A stretch of 45,971 nt of DNA, taken from assembly GCA_964555925.1 (NCBI GenBank), contig CAZKUJ010000001.1, forward strand, positions 1 through 45,971, read 5' to 3'. The notes under the pieces are model-generated. The model ran no database searches. It saw nothing but the letters and a program-made list of their open reading frames with translations, and was not told the DNA's origin. Positions 19,114-27,101 of the stretch are shown piece after piece. Position 1 is the stretch's first letter; every line of letters starts with the position of its first letter. The stretch is from Candidatus Woesearchaeota archaeon (GTDB taxonomy: Archaea > Nanobdellota > Nanobdellia > Pacearchaeales > GW2011-AR1). Made by a program: the position numbers and the translations under genes.

Positions 19114-20070
19114 TTATTTGAATCTTAGATAATCATATGCAGATTTTGCAGCAATTGCTCCTTCTCCTGCAGCAGTTACAATTTGTTTTAGGTTATTGTT
19201 TGTTATATCTCCTGCTGCGAAAATCCCCCCAATATTTGTTTTTGCGTGTTTATCTGTTATGATGTATTCTTTTTCCATTTTTATTTTTAATTCAGATAAA
19301 ATCTCTGTTGCAGGAGTGGAACCAATCTCAATAAAAATTCCATCAATATCTAAAAAGAAGTTCTTTATTTTATTATCTGCATCTGTTTCAATTTCAACCT
19401 GATTTACAGAATTTTTTCCTTTTATTCTTTTTAAAACCGAATTATAAAGAATTTTTATATTTCTTTTTCCATTTATTTTTTGTAAAGATGTTGGTTCACA
19501 TCTAAGTCCCCCTTTTCTATAGATTATATAAACCTCTTTTGCAAAATTGGAAAGATAAAGCGCGGTTTTTGCACAAGAATCTGCTCCCCCTATCACAATT
19601 ACTTTTTTATCTTTGAAAAAAAAACCATCACAAGTTGCGCAATAACTAACTCCTTTTCCTAAAAATTTCTTCTCTCCTTCAATGCCGAGTCTTCGATTTT
19701 CTGTTCCGAGCGCAATTATAATTGTTTTAGCGTAAATTTCTTTTTTTTCTGTTTCAATAAGAAACTGGTTTTTCTCTTTTCTGACTTTGCTTATTTCTGC
19801 TCCAAGAAATTGAGTATCAAATTCTTCTGCTTGTTTTTTGAATTTTTGCATTAATTCTGTTCCACTTCCTATAAATCCGGGCCAATTTTCAACCCTTCCT
19901 GCTTGTGTTGCAGTGCCCCCTATTATTTTTGAAATAATTATGGTTTTCAGATTATATCTTCCTGCATAAATGGCGGCAGTTAAACCAGCCGGGCCAGCCC
20001 CCAAAATTGCAAGATCAAAATATTCTGGTTTTTTTTCAAAATTTTTTTGAGAATGAGCACGCCTTTTCAT
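19114..20070 (-). CDS. trxB: thioredoxin(-disulfide) reductase
   Basis: 318 aa. GAGPAG FAD motif, redox CATCDG, second Rossmann motif VIGGADSC, C-terminal GDIT...Q.VTAAGEG. Confidence 0.85.
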   Translation of the reverse strand: MKRRAHSQKNFEKKPEYFDLAILGAGPAGLTAAIYAGRYNLKTIIISKIIGGTATQAGRVENWPGFIGSGTELMQKFKKQAEEFDTQFLGAEISKVRKEKNQFLIETEKKEIYAKTIIIALGTENRRLGIEGEKKFLGKGVSYCATCDGFFFKDKKVIVIGGADSCAKTALYLSNFAKEVYIIYRKGGLRCEPTSLQKINGKRNIKILYNSVLKRIKGKNSVNQVEIETDADNKIKNFFLDIDGIFIEIGSTPATEILSELKIKMEKEYIITDKHAKTNIGGIFAAGDITNNNLKQIVTAAGEGAIAAKSAYDYLRFK

Positions 20071-20114
20071 TTTTAATAATAGGGGTCTTTGTTTTTAAAT
20101 ATTCTTTATTGTTT

Positions 20115-21017
20115 TTATTTTGTTTTGAATTCGACAACATCTAAATCTTTTAGGACGTGGTTAAATCCCACTTTCTGTCCAGGGAATTTAGAACTAGGGC
20201 CCCAGATTTTTGTTTCTTTGATATAATCAATGTTCTTTAGAATTTTTTTACCAACATCCCGAATGCTAACGCCTTCTTCCAATATCAAAGGTTTTTCTGA
20301 TTTTTCTTTTCCTGGCTCTTTAACATAAATTCGGATTTTACTAAAGCTATGGAAAAGTTTGTTTTTTAACTCTTCAAGATTTTCACTTGTTTTTGTGGAA
20401 ATCACCACAAAATTATACCGTTTACTTTGCAATGTTGCATAAATCTTTCTTTTATCATCAGAATTTTGGGTATTAAAAACTATTATCTTCTTTCCTCTGA
20501 CCCGATCTAAACTCCTTTCTATCTTTTCTATTTCTTCTAGCTTTGTTACTAAGATTAAAATTACGTCTGCAGTGTTTACCAGCCCCTTATCATAATATTC
20601 AGAACCGATAGCAGGAATTTCTATTAATTGAATGCTTGTTCCCTTGTAATTAATCATGCCGACTATTGGTTTTTTTGTTGTAAATTCATAAGGGGCAATT
20701 TTAGGAGATGCGTTTGTCAATAAATTGAGAAGGGAGGATTTTCCAGAATTTGTAAACCCAATAAGAACTGCCTGCATATCCTCTTTTTTTATTCCCTTGC
20801 CTTTTGCAGATTTACTGGCTTTTTTGTTTTTTACGAGTTTTTCTTTTAGTTTTTTTAATCTTGTTTTTAATTGCGCAAGCATCTTCTCACTGCTTTTATG
20901 CTTTGGGCATTCCCGAATCATCTCTTCTAAGTGGAATAATCGACTTTCATCATCTTTTGCAGCGAGAAAATTTCCTTCTGCCTTTTTATAGAATGGAGAC
21001 TGATTAGTTGAAGACAT
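20115..21017 (-). CDS. DRG/Obg-family GTPase with C-terminal TGS-like domain (degenerate G3/G4)
   Basis: 300 aa. G1 GFTNSGKSS, G2 YEFTT. IQLIEIPAIG stands in place of DxPG and NTQN in place of NKxD. C-terminal VLKDLDVVEF. Confidence 0.6.
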   Translation of the reverse strand: MSSTNQSPFYKKAEGNFLAAKDDESRLFHLEEMIRECPKHKSSEKMLAQLKTRLKKLKEKLVKNKKASKSAKGKGIKKEDMQAVLIGFTNSGKSSLLNLLTNASPKIAPYEFTTKKPIVGMINYKGTSIQLIEIPAIGSEYYDKGLVNTADVILILVTKLEEIEKIERSLDRVRGKKIIVFNTQNSDDKRKIYATLQSKRYNFVVISTKTSENLEELKNKLFHSFSKIRIYVKEPGKEKSEKPLILEEGVSIRDVGKKILKNIDYIKETKIWGPSSKFPGQKVGFNHVLKDLDVVEFKTK

Positions 21018-21019
21018 TT

Positions 21020-21757
21020 TTATTGAGGGGGTGCTTGAAATTTATTAATCACTTTGATATAGTTTTTATTTAATCCACCAAGTCTGAAGAGAATTACTTT
21101 ACTAAATTCTGCCCTTTTCACAAAGTCCAAATCATTTTCGAGATTCTTCGGCGAAAGGATTGGCTCATTGCCCAAGACTCCTGTTGCAATTGTTCCAAGG
21201 CTTATTGAGTATTGGGGCTTGTTTTTTAAATTTTTTAGGCATTTTTTTATTTTTTTATTAATTAGATTTGATCTCATGCTTGAATACCACATGAGGCTTT
21301 TTTCTGTTTTTATTTTGTAATCAAGCCCTAAAATTTTAATAAAGATGGAAAAAATAGAAGCAGGAAATTCTGCAGTTGTTATTCTTTTTTTATTTTTTTT
21401 CATAAATTTTTTTATTAATCTTTTATTTTGGAAGAAATAAAAAATGTTTTTTAGAATCATCTTCTTTTTTAGGGGCATTTCCAAATCAATTAAAATAAGA
21501 TTTTTTATTTTATCAAGTTCATTAAATAATTCAATTAGGTCTCTCCTATTTGAAAAAGGGGAAATCCAATAAGAGTTTGGGATAATTGGCCAATAACCGA
21601 TTTTAACATCTTTCTTAATTTTTTTAACCTGTTTTTCTAGTTTTCGGAATTCCCGAACAGATCTTGCGGCCATGAAAATTCTTGTTTTGAATTTCACCAA
21701 TCTTAATTTATCTATATTTTCTTTGGTAGGAAATTCTTCATAAAAACTCATTTGCAT
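21020..21757 (-). CDS. hypothetical protein
   Basis: Start moved to Met28 (ATG at 21757) to remove the overlap with the divergent gene. Lys-rich, no recognised motif. Confidence 0.45.
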   Translation of the reverse strand: MQMSFYEEFPTKENIDKLRLVKFKTRIFMAARSVREFRKLEKQVKKIKKDVKIGYWPIIPNSYWISPFSNRRDLIELFNELDKIKNLILIDLEMPLKKKMILKNIFYFFQNKRLIKKFMKKNKKRITTAEFPASIFSIFIKILGLDYKIKTEKSLMWYSSMRSNLINKKIKKCLKNLKNKPQYSISLGTIATGVLGNEPILSPKNLENDLDFVKRAEFSKVILFRLGGLNKNYIKVINKFQAPPQ

Positions 21758-21791
21758 ACATCTTTTAAACTTTGAAAGGTTAAAAATATTT

Positions 21792-22622
21792 ATGAAACCG
21801 AAAAGAAAGAACCCGAAAAAAATAAAGAACAAAAGCACTCGAGAAGAAATAATTCAAAAAATTATGGCAAAGAAAGAACTTTCAGAACTTCCTTTACAAG
21901 ATGTATTGCTTGCCTTTAAAAAATTTGAAAAAAAGCCAGTCAGTAAAGAAGAAAAAATTCGTTTAACAAGAGACATGCTTCATAGAATTTTCGGAGCTTT
22001 TGGAAGCAGAAAATTATTAAAAATTCGAGACAAAGATCCGCAATGGATTTTAAGCAAGCATCTTTCTACAAGAGAAAGACTCCCTTTTTATAGAGAAATT
22101 TATAAAAGAATTTTAAAAGATTTTGAAGGTAAAATTAAGATTATTGATTTGGGTTCTGGAGTTAATGGTTTTAGTTATTTCTATTTTAAAGAAGCGGGTT
22201 TTGATGTGGATTATGTCGCAATCGAAGCAATCGGCCAATTTGTGAATCTCATGAATTCTTATTTTAATAAGGAAAAAATCAACGGAAAAGCCCTTCACTT
22301 AAGCCTTTTTGAACATTCTAAAATAAAAAAAATAGTAAAAGACACAAAAAACAAAATTCAAACAATTATTTTTTTGTTTAAAGTTGTGGATTCTCTTGAA
22401 ATGCTAAAAAGAAACTATTCTAAAAAACTTATTTCAGAACTGGCTTTAGCATCTTGTCGGATTGTTGTGAGTTTTGCAACAGAAAGCATGATTAAAAGAA
22501 GAAAATTTAAAAGTCAAAGAAAGTGGTTTGTAAATTTTATTAAAGAAAATTTTAATATTATAGATGATTTTGAGATTTTAGGAGAAAAATTTCTGGTTTT
22601 TGAAAAAAGGCAAAATTTATAA
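21792..22622 (+). CDS. FmrO/Rmt-like 16S rRNA (guanine-N7) methyltransferase homolog
   Basis: 276 aa. LHRIFGAF, HLSTRERLPFYREIY (compare HASTRERL of the Rmt/ArmA/Sgm family), SAM motif IIDLGSGVNGFS (D-x-G-x-G-x-N), and C-terminal IVVSFATESMIKRRKF...WF matching VSFPTxSLxGR...WF. Confidence 0.6.
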   Translation: MKPKRKNPKKIKNKSTREEIIQKIMAKKELSELPLQDVLLAFKKFEKKPVSKEEKIRLTRDMLHRIFGAFGSRKLLKIRDKDPQWILSKHLSTRERLPFYREIYKRILKDFEGKIKIIDLGSGVNGFSYFYFKEAGFDVDYVAIEAIGQFVNLMNSYFNKEKINGKALHLSLFEHSKIKKIVKDTKNKIQTIIFLFKVVDSLEMLKRNYSKKLISELALASCRIVVSFATESMIKRRKFKSQRKWFVNFIKENFNIIDDFEILGEKFLVFEKRQNL

Positions 22623-22653
22623 TACATTTTTTCTTTGGAGAGATATATTGAAA

Positions 22654-22977
22654 ATGCCTATCGAAACAAATTCCCCTCAACCAAAAAAACCAGAAGGAAC
22701 GCCAAAAACTTCTTCTGCAGCCCCTATACCTTCAACTAATGTTGCGCAAAAACAAAATCCTCCTTCGGCACCGGTTCTTCCAACAACTTCTTCAGGCCCG
22801 CCACAAATTCCACCTAATACTCAAATTAATACCCCGGTTCAACAACCTGTCATTGAATCTGAACAAAAAAAGAAACATGCTTGGTGGTTTTGGGTTATGC
22901 TTATAATCGGTGTAATAATTGTTTTTGGTGTTTTAGCTTACTTTTTCTTCGATAATTTTACGGCTCTTTTTAATTAA
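22654..22977 (+). CDS. Pro/Ser/Thr-rich protein with a single C-terminal TM anchor
   Basis: The ATG at 22654 avoids overlap with the upstream stop. About 75 aa low-complexity P/S/T/Q, then WWFWVMLIIGVIIVFGVLAYFFF. Confidence 0.5.
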   Translation: MPIETNSPQPKKPEGTPKTSSAAPIPSTNVAQKQNPPSAPVLPTTSSGPPQIPPNTQINTPVQQPVIESEQKKKHAWWFWVMLIIGVIIVFGVLAYFFFDNFTALFN

Positions 22978-23064
22978 TGAATTTCCCAAAAAATTTAAAG
23001 AGGCCTAATTCTCGATTATTTAATAAACAACTTAATAAACAAACTACGTTTAAGGAGATCTGAA

Positions 23065-24270
23065 ATGAAACCTTTATTTTATAGAAAAATCCTGAAAAAC
23101 GGAATGACGGTTATTTTTGAAAAAAGAAATAATCCTGTGATTAGTATGGCTTTTGCTGCAAGATGCGGAGGCATAAACGAATCTTTATCTGAAAAAGGGA
23201 TATCTCATTTTATTGAACATCTGCTTTACAAAGGAACTAAAAAAAGAAGCGCTAAAAAAATCGCTGAAGAAATTGAAAAAAACGGAGGATATCTTAATGG
23301 ATTTACCGACGAATCTCTTACAGCATACTATTGCAAAATACCCAGCAAGCATTTTGCTCTTGCCTTTGATGTTCTGTGTGATATGGTAAAGAATCCCTTA
23401 TTTGATGAAGAAGAGATTCAAAAAGAGAAGCAAGTAATATTTGAAGAGATTAAAATGTATCAAGACAATCCTTCGCGTTATGTTATTCAGGAAATACATA
23501 AATTTCTTTACAAAAAACCTTTTGGCGAACCCTTAATTGGAACAGAAAAAATACTTACTTCTCTTACAAGAAAAAAAATCATTCACAGATTTCAGAAAAT
23601 TTACCAGCCGAATAATCTCATTTTATGTATTGTGGGCGATATGAATTTTAAAAAAATTGTCCAATTGGTAGAGCAGAATTTTGGAACTAAAAAGGGGAAG
23701 GTCCCTAAATTTAAAATCGTTAAGAAAAATGCATCTAAAACCGAAAAAAGAAAAGATATAGACCAAGCAAATCTTGCTTTTGCATATCATGTTCCGACTA
23801 CCAGGGACAAAAAAAACTATGCGGCTTTTGTTCTTAATACCCTTATGGCAGGAGGACTTTCATCAAGACTTTTTCAAGAAATTCGTGAAAAAAGAAATCT
23901 GGCCTATGCTGTTAAAGGCGAATCAAACATCAGCAAAGATTTCGCGTACAATTTAATCTATGTTGGGACAAAGAAAGAAAATGTAAACTCTGTAAAAAAA
24001 ATAATTCTAGAAGAATTTAGAGAGGTATCCCAGAAACTGACTGAAGAAGAGCTTTCTTCTGTAAAAGAGCAGATAATTGGAAATCACCAAATCTCTATTG
24101 AAGATTCGCAATATCAGATGGCCAATCTCCTTTTATATGAAATAAACGGAAATGCAAAAAATCTTTATGATTTTGAAAAAAATATCCTGAACGTAAACTT
24201 GGAAGACGTTAAAGAACTTGCAAAAGAACCAGCTAAAAAGCATAGTTTTTTTGTTTTGGTACCGAAATAA
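23065..24270 (+). CDS. M16 (pitrilysin/insulinase) family zinc peptidase
   Basis: 401 aa. Inverted zinc motif HFIEH with downstream Glu; GGAG Shine-Dalgarno 8 nt upstream. Confidence 0.9.
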   Translation: MKPLFYRKILKNGMTVIFEKRNNPVISMAFAARCGGINESLSEKGISHFIEHLLYKGTKKRSAKKIAEEIEKNGGYLNGFTDESLTAYYCKIPSKHFALAFDVLCDMVKNPLFDEEEIQKEKQVIFEEIKMYQDNPSRYVIQEIHKFLYKKPFGEPLIGTEKILTSLTRKKIIHRFQKIYQPNNLILCIVGDMNFKKIVQLVEQNFGTKKGKVPKFKIVKKNASKTEKRKDIDQANLAFAYHVPTTRDKKNYAAFVLNTLMAGGLSSRLFQEIREKRNLAYAVKGESNISKDFAYNLIYVGTKKENVNSVKKIILEEFREVSQKLTEEELSSVKEQIIGNHQISIEDSQYQMANLLLYEINGNAKNLYDFEKNILNVNLEDVKELAKEPAKKHSFFVLVPK

Positions 24271-24318
24271 AGGCGCCCCTACAATTAATCTTAAAAACTA
24301 CCTTTAATCTAATTTTTT

Positions 24319-25122
24319 ATGTTTGTTGTAAAAGTTCCGGGAATCAATGGGCTCGGAAGAACAAAAGGATGCGAAAAAGCAGGAAATTCTATTCTTGCAG
24401 AGTTAAAAGAAATTTATAGTAATGAAAGGGGAATTCCTATAGATGTAAAACTTTTAGATTTAGAAGAGATACATCTAGACAATTCTAATTTAGAGCTTAC
24501 TAATCGCTTGATTTATGCAAATGCACTTGAAATTTTTAGCGAAAAGCAAAAAACTGTTTTTTTAGGAGGAGATCATTCGATAAGTTACTCCTTAGTCTGT
24601 GCTTTTCTTGAGCACTGCAAAAAAATAAAAGAAGAGCCTTGCTTAATTGTTTTTGACGCGCATCCTGATTGCATGAAGCCAGATAAGAACTTTCCTGTGC
24701 ATGAAGAGTGGCTTTCAGCTTTAATTGAAAAGGGTTTTCCTCCTGAAAATGTCTTTTTAGTGGGAGTTAGGAATATTTATCCTTCTGAAAAAATATTTTT
24801 AGAAAAAAACAAAATCAAGAAAATGGATATGAATCAACTTTTTGAAAATTTAGAGGATTCTTGTGATATTCTTATGGAATTTTCAAAAAATAAACAAATC
24901 TACATTTCTATTGATATAGATTCAATTGATCCTGCTTTTGCCCCTGGAACAGGCTATAAAGAACCAGGCGGACTTACAAGCAGAGAATTTTTATATCTAA
25001 TCCAAAGACTTCATAAACTGAAAAATATTCGGTCGGTTGACTTGGTTGAAATAAATCCTGAAAAAGACATAGGGGGGATTACTGTTAAACTTGGAGCAAA
25101 AATTCTTTCTGAACTAATCTAA
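24319..25122 (+). CDS. ureohydrolase (agmatinase/arginase family)
   Basis: 267 aa. GGDHSIS, VFDAHPD, SIDIDSIDPAFAPGTG Mn-binding motifs. Confidence 0.85.
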   Translation: MFVVKVPGINGLGRTKGCEKAGNSILAELKEIYSNERGIPIDVKLLDLEEIHLDNSNLELTNRLIYANALEIFSEKQKTVFLGGDHSISYSLVCAFLEHCKKIKEEPCLIVFDAHPDCMKPDKNFPVHEEWLSALIEKGFPPENVFLVGVRNIYPSEKIFLEKNKIKKMDMNQLFENLEDSCDILMEFSKNKQIYISIDIDSIDPAFAPGTGYKEPGGLTSREFLYLIQRLHKLKNIRSVDLVEINPEKDIGGITVKLGAKILSELI

Positions 25123-25130
25123 CTTAAAGA

Positions 25131-25138
25131 TTTATAAA
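25131..25138 (+). promoter_or_regulatory. TATA box TTTATAAA centred about 26 nt upstream of ATG 25161
   Basis: Sequence and spacing read directly. Confidence 0.45.
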
Positions 25139-25160
25139 TTTAGATACCTTTTTCTTAACT

Positions 25161-25778
25161 ATGAACAGAAAAATAATTTTATTGGTCCTTTCAGATATTC
25201 TTATCTTAAGCAGTTTTGGATTAATTGCTCCGATATTTGCTATTTTCATAATCGGCATAGAGGGGGGAAATCTTATAACAGCAGGAATAGCAACAGGAAT
25301 CTTTTTGATTGTTCGTTCAACAGCCCAGTTTCCTCTATCAAGATTTTTAATTGATAAACATAGGCATAAATCAAGATTATTGCTTGTTGGAACAGCTTTG
25401 ATAGTGTTGGTGCCTTTTATTTATATTCTTGCTGAAGATGTTTATATTCTTTTTATTGCGCAAGCTATTTACGGACTTGGAACAGCATTTGCATATCCAA
25501 GTTGGTTTAGTCTCTTTACAATGTATATGGATAAAAGACACAGGGGTTTGGAATATTCTTTCTGGAGTGCAGGAGTAGGAGGTGGGGGCGCACTGGCAGC
25601 ATTTTTTGGAGCTACAATAGCAGAGAATTTTGGATTCATTCAACTCTTTTTTGTTGTGGGCTCTATAGCTCTTCTTGGATTTTTTATTCTAATCTTTTTA
25701 GATAGAATTGAAACAAGAGATATAAGAAAAGAGCTAAGCCTTAAAAGAAAAAAAGAAAGAGAAGAAGCAAAGAAATAA
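25161..25778 (+). CDS. six-TM membrane protein resembling a half-size MFS transporter
   Basis: 205 aa. Loop 2-3 motif FLIDKHRHKSRL resembles MFS D-R-x-G-R-R. Ends after about 6 TM with a Lys/Glu tail. Confidence 0.4.
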   Translation: MNRKIILLVLSDILILSSFGLIAPIFAIFIIGIEGGNLITAGIATGIFLIVRSTAQFPLSRFLIDKHRHKSRLLLVGTALIVLVPFIYILAEDVYILFIAQAIYGLGTAFAYPSWFSLFTMYMDKRHRGLEYSFWSAGVGGGGALAAFFGATIAENFGFIQLFFVVGSIALLGFFILIFLDRIETRDIRKELSLKRKKEREEAKK

Positions 25779-25859
25779 AAATCATTTGAAAAAGCGAAGA
25801 AAAGAGTTCAAAGAAAAGCAATGCATTAAAGAATATAAATCTAAAAATATTTTTGAAAA

Positions 25860-26387
25860 ATGAAAAAAAGAATTTTTATTGCGATAGATCTCCCTCCAGA
25901 AATATCAAAAGAAATTTTAAAAATTCAGAAACAACTTCCTTCTTTTATTGGAAAAAAGACCGAAGTAGAAAATTTGCATTTAACTCTAAAATTTCTTGGT
26001 GAAATTGAACAAGGGCAAATAGAAAAAATAAGAAAAAAACTTAGGGAAATTAAAATAAAAAAATTTAAAGCAGAAGTTAGAGATTTGGGGGTCTTTTCTC
26101 CGAAATTTATAAGAATTATTTGGTTAAATCTAAAAGGGTGCGAACAACTCCAAGCAGAAATTGATGAAAAACTTTCGAATTTCTTTGAAAAAGAGAAAAG
26201 ATTTATGGGCCATCTTACTCTTGCTCGAATAAAAAAAATAAATAATAAGGAAGAATTTTTAAATTTATTAAAAAGCATAGAACTCCCAAAATCTAAATTT
26301 GAAATTAAAACCTTTAAATTAAAAAGTTCGATTTTAAGCTCTAAGGGTCCAAGATACGAAGATGTTGAAATTTATAATTTAGAATAA
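25860..26387 (+). CDS. thpR: 2H phosphoesterase: RNA 2',3'-cyclic phosphodiesterase / 2'-5' RNA ligase (LigT/ThpR)
   Basis: 175 aa. Two H-x-T-x motifs (HLTLKF, HLTLAR). Confidence 0.85.
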   Translation: MKKRIFIAIDLPPEISKEILKIQKQLPSFIGKKTEVENLHLTLKFLGEIEQGQIEKIRKKLREIKIKKFKAEVRDLGVFSPKFIRIIWLNLKGCEQLQAEIDEKLSNFFEKEKRFMGHLTLARIKKINNKEEFLNLLKSIELPKSKFEIKTFKLKSSILSSKGPRYEDVEIYNLE

Positions 26388-26405
26388 TAAAATAATAGAT
26401 AAGAT

Positions 26406-27101
26406 TTAAGCCCCAAATTCCTGTCCAACAATTCTTAACATATTTTCTGTTTTTTTTCCGAGTATTTTTTTTAATTCTTCTTCAGAAGCATTTATTATAT
26501 TCTTAATTGTTTTGAATTTTTTTAAAAGTTCTTTTGCGGTTTTTGGGCCAATACCGGGAAATCCTTCAAGAATAAATTGGAGTCTTTCTTGTTTGTCAAG
26601 ATCTTTTTTTATTGCACGCACGGAAATTTCTTTTGATTTTCTTTTTGCAAGAATGGCCAAAAATCTTGCGGTATCTTCATAGTTCTTCGTAAATATTATG
26701 GGTGTTCGATGCTTTAGAAGAATTGAAATTAGAAATCCCCTGACAGAGTTAGAATGCACTCCTTTGCTGTTTTCATCTTCTGAATAAAGCTCTTGTTCAT
26801 ATATTCCTTCTATGAGAAGCAGGCGATTTTCGTATTGATTCATTTGTTCTAATTGATGTAAAAGTCTCCGATTTATCATTGAAGAAAGGAAATCTGAAAC
26901 AGTTTTTCTTTCTATTGCAATATTTCCAATAAGATAATCAGCAACATCTAACTGCGCGAGTTCTATTTCTATTCCCAAGGATTTAAGTTCTGAAAGAACA
27001 AGTGAATTTTTTTCTCGATAATCAACTACTATCTTTATTGTTCTTTTTTCTTTTATTCTTTTTTCAGAAAAAATATCAAATATCTTTTTCATTTTCTTCA
27101 A
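26406..27101 (-). CDS. hef: XPF/ERCC4-type nuclease with C-terminal (HhH)2, i.e. the Hef nuclease part
   Basis: 231 aa. VVDYREK, ADYLIGNIAIERKTVSDF (GDx(n)ERKxxxD), FPGIGPKTAKELLKKF HhH. Confidence 0.85.
   Translation of the reverse strand: MKKMKKIFDIFSEKRIKEKRTIKIVVDYREKNSLVLSELKSLGIEIELAQLDVADYLIGNIAIERKTVSDFLSSMINRRLLHQLEQMNQYENRLLLIEGIYEQELYSEDENSKGVHSNSVRGFLISILLKHRTPIIFTKNYEDTARFLAILAKRKSKEISVRAIKKDLDKQERLQFILEGFPGIGPKTAKELLKKFKTIKNIINASEEELKKILGKKTENMLRIVGQEFGA

Noticed and set aside
18512-20070. The iscU-ferredoxin-trxB cluster as an unusual redox system.
   Set aside because: All three genes have canonical motifs and the arrangement is unremarkable. The absence of iscS/sufS in the window says nothing about the rest of the genome.
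21758-21838. Upstream extensions of divergent or adjacent genes: 21758-21838 of the minus-strand hypothetical gene, 22600-22653 of the Pro-rich protein, 32485-32544 (TTG) of the coiled-coil gene, and 41256-41270 (TTG) of the peptidase gene.
   Set aside because: Each extension creates an overlap with a neighbouring gene or relies on a TTG start while an in-frame ATG follows closely. The shorter versions were reported and the alternatives noted.
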